52,557 bases of DNA, taken from Methanomicrobiales archaeon (GTDB taxonomy: Archaea; Halobacteriota; Methanomicrobia; Methanomicrobiales; Methanospirillaceae). Each line of letters starts with the position of its first letter. The stretch's first letter is position 1. The notes below the pieces were generated by a model. It did not search any database. It was not told where the DNA came from and was given only the letters and a program-made list of their open reading frames with translations. This document shows positions 15,552-25,646 of the stretch, in pieces. Both the position numbers and the translations under genes were made by a program. The stretch is from contig JBAXJR010000016.1 in the NCBI GenBank assembly GCA_037137755.1, positions 1 through 52,557 on the forward strand, read 5' to 3'.

Positions 15552-16999
15552 ACAAGGATGAGATAATCACTCTCGTAAAAGACTGGAGAGTTGCACTCCT
15601 TATTATCCTCGTTGTAGCGTCCCTGATAGCGATATACCCGCATTTCGAAAACGGAGAATTTACGACGAACCTCCAGTACGGCCTCGACCTGCAGAAAGGT
15701 GCATGGCTGCAGCTTGAATTCAAATCAGAGGTCGTAGGGTTCCAGACAGATAAACCCGCGGAGGAATTCATCGCTTCGTTAAAGAACCAGACTGATGCCG
15801 AAATATTCCTGGTCGGCGATAAGCTCGAGATCAGGAAGCTCTACACGCAGGCGGAACTGACGCCGATATTTGAAAAAGCCGGTGGAAAGATCACATCATA
15901 CCAGCAGGGTGTCACAAAGGCGACTGCCGATGATGTGAAACGTATCCTCGAGAGCAAGATAAACAGTCTCGGTACCCGTGATGCCCGCATTAATACCCTG
16001 ACCGGTCTTGACGGGGTCACACGTTATATCCGTGTCGAGCTTGCAGGGGTCACCATGAGCGAGGCCCAGCAGGTCGTCGGGAAGCAGGGTAAATTTGAGG
16101 TCCGGGTCGTCACCACAGGAAACCAGTCCGAACACGTGGTCTTCGGCGACTCTATCACCGGTGTAGGGAACCCAACGCAGGAACCACCTGGTAGTGGAAA
16201 GTGGGGCGTCTCGTTCACGATGAGTGAAGATGGCGCAAAGGCATTACAGGCTGCTGCCATTCAGTACGGCGCTGTAGCCGACCCTGATAACCATGAGCTC
16301 CAGATGCTCCTTGACGGAAAGGTCATTTATTCGGCACCACTATCAAAGGAACTTGCCGGGAACCTCCAGCATGAAATTGTCAGGCAGTTATTTGCGTCAA
16401 CAGGGGCAGGTACAACTGGTCAGCAGGCCGCACAAAACCTCGAAATACACCTGCGTAACGGGGCGCTCCCGGTAGATGTGAGCGTGGCCGGGTCCGGTGC
16501 AGTCTCGGCAACACTTGGTGAGCACTTTAAAGTCATTTGTGTTCTTGCCGGTATCCTGGCACTCATTACGGTAGGACTGGTAGTCTTTTACCGTTACAGG
16601 GAACCAGCAATTGTCCTCCCGATGGTGTGTATCAACGCGTCCGAGATCATCATCCTGCTCGGTATTTCCGTGTTCACCATCCAGCTGGACCTTGCAACAA
16701 TCGCCGGACTGATTGCCGTCCTAGGGACAGGGATTGACCAGCTCATTATTATCACGGATGAGATCCTCCACGAGGGAAAAGTCCCGTCGCCGAATGTCTA
16801 CCAGAAACGGCTTACAAGGGCCCTTGGTATCATCGTCGCTTCGGCTGCAACCGTAGTCATCGCGATGCTGCCACTTGCCCTTATGGACCTTTCATCACTC
16901 AGGGGATTCGCCATTATCACGATCCTCGGTGTGCTTATCGGGGTGACCATCACCCGTCCCGCATACGGGCGGATCATCATGGCAATCCTTTCAAAATAA
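15548..16999 (+). CDS. secD: Protein translocase subunit SecD
   Basis: GLDLQKG, LRNGALP, GTGIDQLIIITDE. Confidence 0.93.
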   Translation: MNKDEIITLVKDWRVALLIILVVASLIAIYPHFENGEFTTNLQYGLDLQKGAWLQLEFKSEVVGFQTDKPAEEFIASLKNQTDAEIFLVGDKLEIRKLYTQAELTPIFEKAGGKITSYQQGVTKATADDVKRILESKINSLGTRDARINTLTGLDGVTRYIRVELAGVTMSEAQQVVGKQGKFEVRVVTTGNQSEHVVFGDSITGVGNPTQEPPGSGKWGVSFTMSEDGAKALQAAAIQYGAVADPDNHELQMLLDGKVIYSAPLSKELAGNLQHEIVRQLFASTGAGTTGQQAAQNLEIHLRNGALPVDVSVAGSGAVSATLGEHFKVICVLAGILALITVGLVVFYRYREPAIVLPMVCINASEIIILLGISVFTIQLDLATIAGLIAVLGTGIDQLIIITDEILHEGKVPSPNVYQKRLTRALGIIVASAATVVIAMLPLALMDLSSLRGFAIITILGVLIGVTITRPAYGRIIMAILSK

Positions 17000-17089
17000 T
17001 CCAATACTTTTTGAACTTTTTTCAGGGAATACCTGTATAACAATCTTTATCAGCTTTTTCCCGCAACAACTGTGGAAGGTAATTGTACA

Positions 17090-17359
17090 ATGACGAAACC
17101 AGTTTTGATGGACTTTTTTGCAGAATGGTGCGGACCATGCAAACGACAGGGACCGATCCTCGAAGACCTCAAAAAGAAGATGGGCGACACCTTCGAGCTG
17201 AAGAAAATTGATGTCGACCAGAACATGGAACTTGCCCAGAAATACGGCATCCAGGTCGTACCAACACTGATCATCGAGAAGGATGGAAAGGTCATCCAGT
17301 CCCTTGAAGGTGTTACCAGCGCAGAGGCACTTGAGAATTACTTAAAACCACTACTCTGA
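17090..17359 (+). CDS. trxA: Thioredoxin
   Basis: WCGPC active site and VPT cis-Pro loop. Confidence 0.92.
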   Translation: MTKPVLMDFFAEWCGPCKRQGPILEDLKKKMGDTFELKKIDVDQNMELAQKYGIQVVPTLIIEKDGKVIQSLEGVTSAEALENYLKPLL

Positions 17360-17371
17360 AGGGTTAAACAG

Positions 17372-18028
17372 GTGGCTTCTTTGAAGATTGGAATTGTTGG
17401 CGGCACGGGTGATATCGGGGAGGGGATGGCGAGGCGGCTCTCTTCACGTTACGACGTAGTCCTCGGGTCACGTGAGGCCGAAAAGGCTGTATCTACAAGT
17501 GAATGCACAATTGACCTCTTAAAACAACGCGGGATGAAAAGCAGCTGTACCGGGGTCTCAAACCAGGAGGCAGTCAGTGCCGCAGACGTCATCATCCTCG
17601 CGGTCCCGTTCAGGCACCTTGAAAGTACCCTCTCGGGCCTCTCGGGGTTCGATGGCAAAATTGTGGTCTCACCAGTAAACCCGATGGAGAAGAAGGAATT
17701 TTTTACTATTGTTCCCCCTCCTGAAGGCTCGGCAGCCCTCCTCGTGAAAAAGCTCCTCCCGGGTGCAAGGGTAGTGACCGCGTTTAATACGATTGCAGCA
17801 AACCGCTGGAAAGACCTTGATGTGGAGATAGATGTTGCGGTGCCCGTATGCAGCGATGACGCGGACGCAAAGTCGGTTATCATGGGTATTGTGAACGGGA
17901 CATCGCTGCTGAAAGCCTATGATGCAGGGCCGCTGGCTGTCTCGGCGATGATCGAGAGCCTGACCCCGCTTCTGCTCAACATTGCCCGGTACAACAAGAT
18001 GCACGATGTCGGGATCAAGTTCGTCTGA
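17372..18028 (+). CDS. fno: F420H2:NADP+ oxidoreductase
   Basis: GGTGDIGEG, GSRE, SPVNP, GSAA, ESLTPLLLN. Confidence 0.88.
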   Translation: MASLKIGIVGGTGDIGEGMARRLSSRYDVVLGSREAEKAVSTSECTIDLLKQRGMKSSCTGVSNQEAVSAADVIILAVPFRHLESTLSGLSGFDGKIVVSPVNPMEKKEFFTIVPPPEGSAALLVKKLLPGARVVTAFNTIAANRWKDLDVEIDVAVPVCSDDADAKSVIMGIVNGTSLLKAYDAGPLAVSAMIESLTPLLLNIARYNKMHDVGIKFV

Positions 18029-18641
18029 ATGTGCACGTATTGTCCGTGTCCTGGAAGATCATTATGGGTATATCCCATGGTGGCCGGGTGACACGGACGA
18101 AGTGTTGATCGGGGCAGTATTAACCCAGCAGACCCGCTGGGAAAACGTCGTCCGGGCATTAGCCCTGCTAAAAGAACGAGAACTATGCTCTGTTGCTGCC
18201 CTGTATGAGGCGGAGCCTGCCGATATTGAAAATGCAATACATTGTACCGGCTTTTACAAGGTCAAGACGAGGCGTCTAAAAGCGCTTGCAATAGCCATCA
18301 TAGAAGAATACGGTGGAATAACGCCGATGGCAGAGCAGCCGACTGAATTACTCAGAGAGAGACTCCTCCAGGTACAAGGTATCGGTGAAGAAACGGCTGA
18401 CAGCATCTTGTGTTATGGCTTTCACAGGCCGAGTTTTGTCATTGATGCCTATACCCACCATATTTGCGGATGTTCCGGGATCCCGGAGCAGAAGTCCCGA
18501 TTGAAGGCACTCTTTGAAGAGGTCCTGCCACCAGACTCAGATATTCACCGGCAGACCCATGCACATATCGTTGAATACGCAAAGGAATATTGTGGGAAAA
18601 AGAGGTGTGAGAAATGTATACTCATGAATTCAGACGAATAG
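18006..18641 (+). CDS. HhH-GPD endonuclease III-like DNA glycosylase
   Basis: WWP, GAVLTQQTRW, GFYKVK, GIGEETADSILCY, VIDAY, C-terminal Cys cluster. Start uncertain. Confidence 0.85.
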   Translation: MSGSSSSECARIVRVLEDHYGYIPWWPGDTDEVLIGAVLTQQTRWENVVRALALLKERELCSVAALYEAEPADIENAIHCTGFYKVKTRRLKALAIAIIEEYGGITPMAEQPTELLRERLLQVQGIGEETADSILCYGFHRPSFVIDAYTHHICGCSGIPEQKSRLKALFEEVLPPDSDIHRQTHAHIVEYAKEYCGKKRCEKCILMNSDE

Positions 18642-19147
18642 GAACAAGACTTTTTTCAGAGGGACTGGTTGGTGGAAATTTTGGCAATATGAGTGTCAGA
18701 TCCGGCGACGGTTTTTATATCACTCACACGGGGTCCTACCTTGATGACCCGGGTGAGCCGGTATTTGTTCCACTTGAAGGACCGGTACCAAAGGAGGCAT
18801 CAAGCGAATACCGGGTCCACCGTGAAGTATACCAGAAAACACGCCATAATGCAATAGTCCATGCCCACCCGGCCCATGCCGTGGCACTTTCAATTATTAC
18901 GGGGGAGATTATCCCAAGGGATAGTGAAGGAGAGATGCTCTGCCCGGTCATCCCCGTGGTGTACGGCATCCCGGGGTCTGATGAACTTGCAATGAATGTT
19001 TCAGACTCGCTCTGCCTTTCAAAACTTACTATCGCTTCTGGTCACGGGACGTTTTCAGCCGGAAAAACACTTGATGAGGCATATGTATTCACATCGCTTG
19101 CAGAACACTCCTGCCGGGTACTGACATTGATACAACAAAAAAACTAG
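18614..19147 (+). CDS. Class II aldolase (fuculose-phosphate aldolase-like)
   Basis: GNMSVR, ASSEYRVH, HAHP, GHG. Confidence 0.88.
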   Translation: MYTHEFRRIGTRLFSEGLVGGNFGNMSVRSGDGFYITHTGSYLDDPGEPVFVPLEGPVPKEASSEYRVHREVYQKTRHNAIVHAHPAHAVALSIITGEIIPRDSEGEMLCPVIPVVYGIPGSDELAMNVSDSLCLSKLTIASGHGTFSAGKTLDEAYVFTSLAEHSCRVLTLIQQKN

Positions 19148-19266
19148 GGTATCGATTATTTTGAAGAAAACGGTTTCACCAGTGTTTTATTAATCATGAT
19201 CACCCATCGATGGACGAGTAACAAGGTCGAGGTCTTTATACAATACCATTGAACTATTTAGGAGCA

Positions 19267-19929
19267 ATGATCCCCTTTATCGATCTCGTCCTGAACTTTG
19301 ACCATTACCTTCCGGAAATTATCCTGGCCTACGGGCTCCTGACATATGTCCTCCTGGTAGCGATCATTTTTCTCGAGTCCGCACTGGTGGTTTTCCCTTT
19401 CCTCCCTGGAGATTCACTTCTTTTTATCTCAGGCGCCCTTTCGGCCACCGGGTTACTGAACCCCGAGTTACTCATTGTCTTGCTGATTATTGCGGCAATT
19501 ATCGGGGGAGTGGTGAATTTCCTGATTGGCCGGTATCTTGGCCAAAAAATACTCGATAAAAAAATCGGTTTTTTCAGGCAGGAATATATCGACAAGACCC
19601 ACATGTTCTTTGAAAAATACGGAGGATTTACCATCGTTATTGCACGATTCGTCCCGTTTGTCCGAAGTTTTGCCCCTTTTTTTGCAGGACTCGGGCAGAT
19701 GAATTTTTCCCATTTCTTTTTGTATAATGTAATCGGCGCTGTGCTATGGATCCTGTCATTTACCCTTGCGGGTTATTTCTTCGGGAACCTCCCGTTTGTG
19801 CAGGAAAATTTCAGCCTTGTAATACTACTGATCATTGGGATCTCGCTGATCGGAGTCTTCTCCATAATCCTCAACATGTTCAGGTCATTCAAAATCACCA
19901 ATCTTTTCAGTCGAGGGAAAAAGGAATGA
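19267..19929 (+). CDS. DedA/VTT-family membrane protein
   Basis: PFLPGDSLLF, ARFVPFVRSFAPFFAG. Confidence 0.9.
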   Translation: MIPFIDLVLNFDHYLPEIILAYGLLTYVLLVAIIFLESALVVFPFLPGDSLLFISGALSATGLLNPELLIVLLIIAAIIGGVVNFLIGRYLGQKILDKKIGFFRQEYIDKTHMFFEKYGGFTIVIARFVPFVRSFAPFFAGLGQMNFSHFFLYNVIGAVLWILSFTLAGYFFGNLPFVQENFSLVILLIIGISLIGVFSIILNMFRSFKITNLFSRGKKE

Positions 19930-20077
19930 GCCGGGATTTTTTCGGCGATCCGGTAATCATCCTGGTAATTCACAATATGCACCATACGAGGAACCGGGAC
20001 CTTCCAGTACCACGCAGGTTAATATGCAAAAATGTGGAGATAATGTAGCGAATAATTGAGAAAGGAGCCGCATAGAA

Positions 20078-20422
20078 ATGATTGTGGATAAGCTATCACG
20101 CCTGACCCCTGAACAGCAACGCGAGGTCGAAGATTTTATTGACTTTCTCATTACCAGGGATTCCAATACCCCCGTCAGCCCCTATAATCACGGAACGGAA
20201 GACAATTTATTCGGGATCCGGGATGATATGAAACAGCCCGCACCCATGATCTTTGCAGAGGAGCGTCCTGTGGCTGGCCACGTTGATCAGGATATCCTTC
20301 CGGACTACCCTGAATACGGTGGGTCAGGAACTATTGGGAAAACAAGGGAACCTGAAAGGCGGATAGTAGTCCCTCGCAGGGTTGAAAAAGAACCGGGAAA
20401 ATTGGTGGACTGGATTGATTAA
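20078..20422 (+). CDS. DUF2281-domain protein
   Basis: LTPEQQREVEDFIDFL N-terminal motif followed by a low-complexity tail. Confidence 0.7.
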   Translation: MIVDKLSRLTPEQQREVEDFIDFLITRDSNTPVSPYNHGTEDNLFGIRDDMKQPAPMIFAEERPVAGHVDQDILPDYPEYGGSGTIGKTREPERRIVVPRRVEKEPGKLVDWID

Positions 20423-20606
20423 TCCACGGATTTAGGTTATTCTTTTTTTATTGGTAGTTGTGAATCACATGGCCGCCCTGTAGAATCCCATGACGATTGT
20501 ATGACATCATATTGATTGGGGTTGATATGAGGGCCGGGTTTTTTTAGTTGTAATCCATGATATATTATAGCAACTATTTTATATAATCGCCATTTCATGC
20601 TGGTAT

Positions 20607-21296
20607 ATGGCTGGGTTGAGTTATATCTGGGTAGCTGCACTTTATGCGGTGATTACGGTCTGCGTGATCAGTTTTGTTGTGCGGACCCTCCTCCACAGGA
20701 ATGATAAGAAGTTCAGGACTATCATATTAAACGAGGCCGGTTATCCGAGCCTTGCAATATTCCAGTTCCTGCTATGGACGGTGGTGGTCGCATTTTCGTA
20801 CCTGATGATATATTATCTCAGGATCAATTCGGGGCTCTATGATCCCCCATCCACAATCAGCACAAATATCCTGATATTGCTTGGTATCAGCACTGCCGTC
20901 CCGATTGTAAGCGCAGGAGTCAACAGTGTAGTTTACCATGGAAGTCAGTCAACACCTGAAATCCCAACAGAATATAAGTGGTCTACGATGTTGCTTGAAA
21001 ATGGGAAGGCATCCCTGGCACGGTACCAGATGTTTCTCTGGACGTGGATTGGGATAGGCCTCTATATAGTGATCCTGTTTTATACGGTCTTTAGCCCGGC
21101 AACGATTGCTAATCCACAGCTTCTTGAGCTTCCCGATATCGATCCTACGCTGGTAGTCCTTATGGGATTGAGCCAGGGGGCCTTTATTGGTGCAAAACTG
21201 TTCCCGAAAGGGGCACTTCAAGGCCAGCAGGAGGGTGGAGATGCTACCGTGGCAACCTATAGTTCCAGAGATTCTCCGCCTGAGGAAAAAAAATAG
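20607..21296 (+). CDS. Hypothetical membrane protein with an internal duplication
   Basis: PSLAIFQFLLWT...ILLGIS and ASLARYQMFLWT...VLMGLS repeats. Confidence 0.8.
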   Translation: MAGLSYIWVAALYAVITVCVISFVVRTLLHRNDKKFRTIILNEAGYPSLAIFQFLLWTVVVAFSYLMIYYLRINSGLYDPPSTISTNILILLGISTAVPIVSAGVNSVVYHGSQSTPEIPTEYKWSTMLLENGKASLARYQMFLWTWIGIGLYIVILFYTVFSPATIANPQLLELPDIDPTLVVLMGLSQGAFIGAKLFPKGALQGQQEGGDATVATYSSRDSPPEEKK

Positions 21297-21467
21297 TTTG
21301 ATCAATTACGGGAGCAGATCCCCATACCATGATGAAGATTCAAAAAAAAATTGGTTGGCATGGGTGCGGGATTTAAACCCGTATTAACGTGAGGGCTCCG
21401 CCCTTCGATCCCGGCAAGACCTGACGGTTTCAACAAAGCCTGATAAATGAAAAATGAAAATGAAAAA

Positions 21468-21539
21468 TGGACTCGACGGGATTTGAACCCGTGGCCTTCA
21501 CGTTGCAAACGTGACGATCTACCCCTGATCTACGAGCCC
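21468..21539 (-). tRNA. tRNA-Ala(TGC)
   Basis: 72-nt cloverleaf, G3:U70 pair, TCACG-TT-TGC-AA-CGTGA. Confidence 0.96.
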
Positions 21540-21728
21540 GCACAGGTTGCGCTATACTAGTTCCATGTGTTCGCATATATCTCTTGCTGAATGTCATTTT
21601 AGATCATGGTCAGCGGTTTTATGAACACTACCGCTATGGAGAAATCAGCACCACTTTTTCTCAAATATTTGCGAGGATAGAACCCGAAAGACTCCCCATT
21701 GAAAAATAAAGGAGGTATGTCAGCCTTT

Positions 21729-22817
21729 TTATTGAAAATATTTATTATACCGCTGCCGGACTTCATCTGGAATATCCTGGTACACAATATCGGCGGGCAT
21801 TTCACCAAGCCCGATATCGATGGCATGCCGGATGTACGGGTGGTCCCGGACCCGTACCCCGGACAGATCCCTCACATAGTGGTTCAGGTACAGGAAGATC
21901 TTCTCGGTAATCAGTGGTACCAGGGGCACCGATGCTTTAAGGTCTTTTAAGAGAGCCAGCGCGAAAACTTCCGCCGCAACCTGGTCTTCACACCCAAATA
22001 CGAGCGCGGGTTCAGGCCGGGTTATGTATGCCTTCCCAATCCCTTTGTTACCGGAACCTACACTGTAACGATCAGGCCCGAACGTTACCTGCGCCTCGGT
22101 AACGAGAAACATGGTGAACCTGAGCTTTTCCCGGACTGCATCAGAGATTTCAACAATCTTCTCAAAAAATTTCCCGGAGCCGTCATCTGCAACAGACATG
22201 GAGCTCCCCTGAGCTGCCCTCTGTATAAAACCATTATAAGGCCCGTTTGCATGGAATTCCATTCGGCTGTCTTCCCTGAGGAGCCCTACCATGATCTTGA
22301 GCCCAAGGGTTGCACCTGCCTGGCTGTGCGTCGATACCCTTGGCAGACTCATAATATGGTCTGCTTTCCGAACCCAGTTCGTGATATAAAAACCGTCCTT
22401 CCACGAGCTGGTTTTCGGGGAAGAATAATGGAAGAACCCTTCATCCCAGCCTTCTTCTTCAAAACTTACAAACCGGGCGGAATTGTTTCGTGCCATCCCG
22501 GACCGGATATAATTATCAAGGGTTTTCCCCCTGATTACACCACCGGGATGGTGAAGGACGTGCCCTATCCCTGACTGGTCACCAATCACGACGGTTGCAC
22601 CACGATCCGCAAGGAGTTGCGACGTCACTTCTAGGGCAAGAGGGTGTGTCGTCGACGGGTACGGATCTCCTGAATTGAGTGCGGGCTTCAGGAGAACGAT
22701 ATCCCCGGGTGTGAGCCACTGGAAATTATTGGTCGATTTCAGAATGAAATCTGCAAGGGTGTCGCGAACCACCTGGTCTGAAGGGCCGGGAATACCGGTA
22801 ACATAGACAGGTTTCAT
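21729..22817 (-). CDS. DUF362-domain protein
   Basis: GDIVLLKP, PSTTHP, VIGDQSG, MSLPRVSTH..AGATLGLK. Confidence 0.8.
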   Translation of the reverse strand: MKPVYVTGIPGPSDQVVRDTLADFILKSTNNFQWLTPGDIVLLKPALNSGDPYPSTTHPLALEVTSQLLADRGATVVIGDQSGIGHVLHHPGGVIRGKTLDNYIRSGMARNNSARFVSFEEEGWDEGFFHYSSPKTSSWKDGFYITNWVRKADHIMSLPRVSTHSQAGATLGLKIMVGLLREDSRMEFHANGPYNGFIQRAAQGSSMSVADDGSGKFFEKIVEISDAVREKLRFTMFLVTEAQVTFGPDRYSVGSGNKGIGKAYITRPEPALVFGCEDQVAAEVFALALLKDLKASVPLVPLITEKIFLYLNHYVRDLSGVRVRDHPYIRHAIDIGLGEMPADIVYQDIPDEVRQRYNKYFQ

Positions 22818-22945
22818 ACGAAAAATTCAGGATATGACCTGATAATGGTATCAATACATGACCAGCGACCTGCTATATATTGCCAGTAGCTAAAACTTAA
22901 TGAAGAACAGCCAGAATATATTTCTAAAACAGGAAGTGACTAATA

Positions 22946-23131
22946 ATGGCAAAAATTATTATTGAGCCAAAACGCGGACAAGACGGGCAGATTGATTATG
23001 TCGTGACCTACCAGGACGTTAAAACTGATAACCAGTTCATGGTCACAACAACCAGTGATGCGGGTGAGGCCCTGTTAAGACTCAAAGAAACGCTCGAAAA
23101 TGAAGTCAATGAAATGGTAAAGAAAAAATAA
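22946..23131 (+). CDS. Small hypothetical protein, 61 aa
   Basis: GGAAGTGA SD-like sequence, protein-like composition, T-tract after the stop. Confidence 0.65.
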   Translation: MAKIIIEPKRGQDGQIDYVVTYQDVKTDNQFMVTTTSDAGEALLRLKETLENEVNEMVKKK

Positions 23132-23199
23132 TCTCCTTTTTTTCCGGACGGTTCCGGTTCCGAAAATTCATGTATTCTTTCCGGAGAAAAACAGATCCA

Positions 23200-23271
23200 T
23201 GGACTTGGCGGGATTTGAACCCGCGGCCTTTACGTTGCGAACGTAACGATCTACCCCTGATCTACAAGCCC
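23200..23271 (-). tRNA. tRNA-Ala(CGC)
   Basis: 72-nt cloverleaf, G3:U70 pair, TTACG-TT-CGC-AA-CGTAA; 20 nt downstream of tfb. Confidence 0.96.
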
Positions 23272-23291
23272 ACCCGATAAAAAAATGGTTA

Positions 23292-24302
23292 TTAAAGAAT
23301 GATTTCGATATCTAACTTTTCTGCCAGTTCCTTATATCTGTTCCTGATTGTAACCTCGGTCACACCTGCGACCTCAGCGACTTCTCGCTGTGTCCGCCGC
23401 TCTCCGCCGAGAATTGAAGAAATATAGATTGCAGCTGCTGCAACCCCGGTCGGGCCGCGCCCGCTTGTCAGTTCGCGTTCGCCTGCCTGCCTCAGGATTT
23501 CGACGGCACGGCTCTGCACTTCACCTTTTAAGGTGAGACCTGAACAGAACCTGGGCACATAATCAATCGGTGACGTGGGGAGAAGTTTCAACCCGAGTTC
23601 ACGGGAGATGAAACGGTACGTGCGCCCTATTTCCTTCCTTGAAACACGGGACACTTCGGCGATCTCATCAAGTGTCCTTGGGACATTGCACTGCCTGCAT
23701 GCCGCGTAGAGGGCCGCTGCGGCTACACCTTCGATACTTCTTCCACGGATGAGGTTCTTGTCGACCGCGTCACGGTATACGACCGCTGCAGTCTCACGCA
23801 CGTTTCTCGGGAGACCGAGTGCCGATGCCATCCGGTCAAGTTCGGAGAGTGCGAAGGCGAGGTTCCGTTCGGTTGCATTTGATACGCGTATACGGCGCTG
23901 CCATTTCCGGAGGCGGTACAGCTGGGCCCGGTTCTTTGACGAAATAGCACGCCCGTAACTGTCACGGTTCCTCCAGTCGATCATTGTCGAGAGACCCTTG
24001 TCGTGGATCGTAAAGGTCATCGGTGCACCAACCCTTGACCTCTTCATCCGCTGGTCGTGGTCGAATGCACGCCATTCAGGTCCACGGTCGATGAAATCAT
24101 CATCGATAACAAGACCACAGTTCTGGCATACCAGTTCGGCACGCTCATAGTCGTGGACGAGCTGCCGGCTGCCACATTCGGGACATACCGTCTCGGTGTG
24201 GTCTTCAGCCTTCTTTTCGTGCTCCTTCACACGTTCCTTGACACGATTTTTGAGGGCTTCCCTCTCGTTCTGGAGAATTTTTAATTTTTCTACTTCCTGC
24301 AT
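23292..24302 (-). CDS. tfb: Transcription initiation factor IIB (TFB)
   Basis: CPECG/CQNCG Zn ribbon, GPEWRAF, two cyclin repeats. Confidence 0.97.
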   Translation of the reverse strand: MQEVEKLKILQNEREALKNRVKERVKEHEKKAEDHTETVCPECGSRQLVHDYERAELVCQNCGLVIDDDFIDRGPEWRAFDHDQRMKRSRVGAPMTFTIHDKGLSTMIDWRNRDSYGRAISSKNRAQLYRLRKWQRRIRVSNATERNLAFALSELDRMASALGLPRNVRETAAVVYRDAVDKNLIRGRSIEGVAAAALYAACRQCNVPRTLDEIAEVSRVSRKEIGRTYRFISRELGLKLLPTSPIDYVPRFCSGLTLKGEVQSRAVEILRQAGERELTSGRGPTGVAAAAIYISSILGGERRTQREVAEVAGVTEVTIRNRYKELAEKLDIEIIL

Positions 24303-24317
24303 ACTGCCTCACCTGCC

Positions 24318-24542
24318 CTACTTCGAATATAACTTCTCACCAGCCACCGTCTCACACGGGTTACGACAGAGGACAACCGCGTAAGGGGACGAGACCTTTC
24401 CAAACACGTCCATAATTTTCCCAACGGGTTTCATCCGCCTGTCAATAACCTCGCTGTATAAACGGGGAAGTTGTGCAGCATCACACTGCACGATCAGCAT
24501 ACGCCTGCCATATCTATTCAGAGCGCGACCAATTGCTCTCAC
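24318..24542 (-). CDS. gar1: H/ACA RNP component Gar1
   Basis: VGKIMDVFGKVSSPY; conserved position upstream of tfb. Confidence 0.85.
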   Translation of the reverse strand: MRAIGRALNRYGRRMLIVQCDAAQLPRLYSEVIDRRMKPVGKIMDVFGKVSSPYAVVLCRNPCETVAGEKLYSK

Positions 24543-24667
24543 AGAAGTTACCTCGATAGAATGCCGGGCAGCTGACTTGTACAGCTGAATGATTTAGCAA
24601 TCTATATATATTGATAGTCGTTGTATAAAAGGTTGTTGTAAAATTTTATATATTGATTTTAGTAAAC

Positions 24668-25321
24668 TCACCGGGACAACCATTGTTTGATATTTAAAGA
24701 CATTACCTGCCTGCATTCTTCCTCATCAAGTCCAGCACCCCTTGCAATCGAAATCCGTGCGCGTTCGTCGAGGAGATCGTGCGGGGCATGGGCATCCGAG
24801 TCCACCACGAGCGTGCAACCATGCTCCCTTGCAAGTTTTGCCACGTGACCATTCGCACGGTTATGGCCACCCCGCGAAGTTAGTTCCAGGGCAATCCCAT
24901 TTTTAGCTGCTAATTTCATATCGGACGCTGTGATAAGTCCCGGATGGGCAAGGACATCCACCAGGGGACAGGTGCATGCTGCATGATTAGTACCCGGTGC
25001 AACAGGTTCAACGAGGGTCTCCCCATGTACCAGCACGATATCCGCACCTGAATTTTTCGCGAGTTCGGCAAGGGAAGGGATCTCAACCGGGGGTACATGG
25101 GTGATCTCCACCCCGCACAGGAGGTGGACACCGAAATGCCCGGATGAGGTACGTAATACCTGCAGGTTTTCAACGACTGCCCTGGTATTGGTAGCATCGA
25201 CATGATCGGTAATTGCAACCGTCGTATACCCGATGACTGACATCCGGCGTATCAGCTCAACCGGCAGCATCTCCCCGTCACTCACAAGCGTATGCGTATG
25301 GAGGTCGTAGAGCCCGGTCAT
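24668..25321 (-). CDS. PHP-family phosphoesterase
   Basis: DLHTHT..SDG, ITDH, GVEITH, AHPG, DSDAH. Confidence 0.9.
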   Translation of the reverse strand: MTGLYDLHTHTLVSDGEMLPVELIRRMSVIGYTTVAITDHVDATNTRAVVENLQVLRTSSGHFGVHLLCGVEITHVPPVEIPSLAELAKNSGADIVLVHGETLVEPVAPGTNHAACTCPLVDVLAHPGLITASDMKLAAKNGIALELTSRGGHNRANGHVAKLAREHGCTLVVDSDAHAPHDLLDERARISIARGAGLDEEECRQVMSLNIKQWLSR

Positions 25322-25590
25322 TTTCTGGCCTCCAGTTTTGCACATACACGTTTCAGCAGTTCCGGTTTCGATTTATCCCAGGTGACCACGATACGCCCTT
25401 CCCGCTTGGCCCAGTGACCGGGGTGATGCTTCTGTTCGGCAAGGTATTTCACACCGCTTTTTTTCAGCGAGTTCTCAAGGTCAGCGAGTGTGGGGTTTTT
25501 TATCGCCTTTGACAGAGGCACTTTCCTCCCCTGTTCGCGCTTAAGGCTCGCGTTGAAATAGCAGGGATAGAGAATGCACGCTCCTTTCAT
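25318..25590 (-). CDS. srp19: Signal recognition particle protein SRP19
   Basis: LYPCYFN...REQGRKVP..AIKNP, HP, GRIVV. Confidence 0.9.
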   Translation of the reverse strand: MKGACILYPCYFNASLKREQGRKVPLSKAIKNPTLADLENSLKKSGVKYLAEQKHHPGHWAKREGRIVVTWDKSKPELLKRVCAKLEARK

Positions 25591-25646
25591 GATTTCATAT
25601 GTTTGGGAGTGAACCTATAAACAATGTCGGAGGAAACATAATACTC

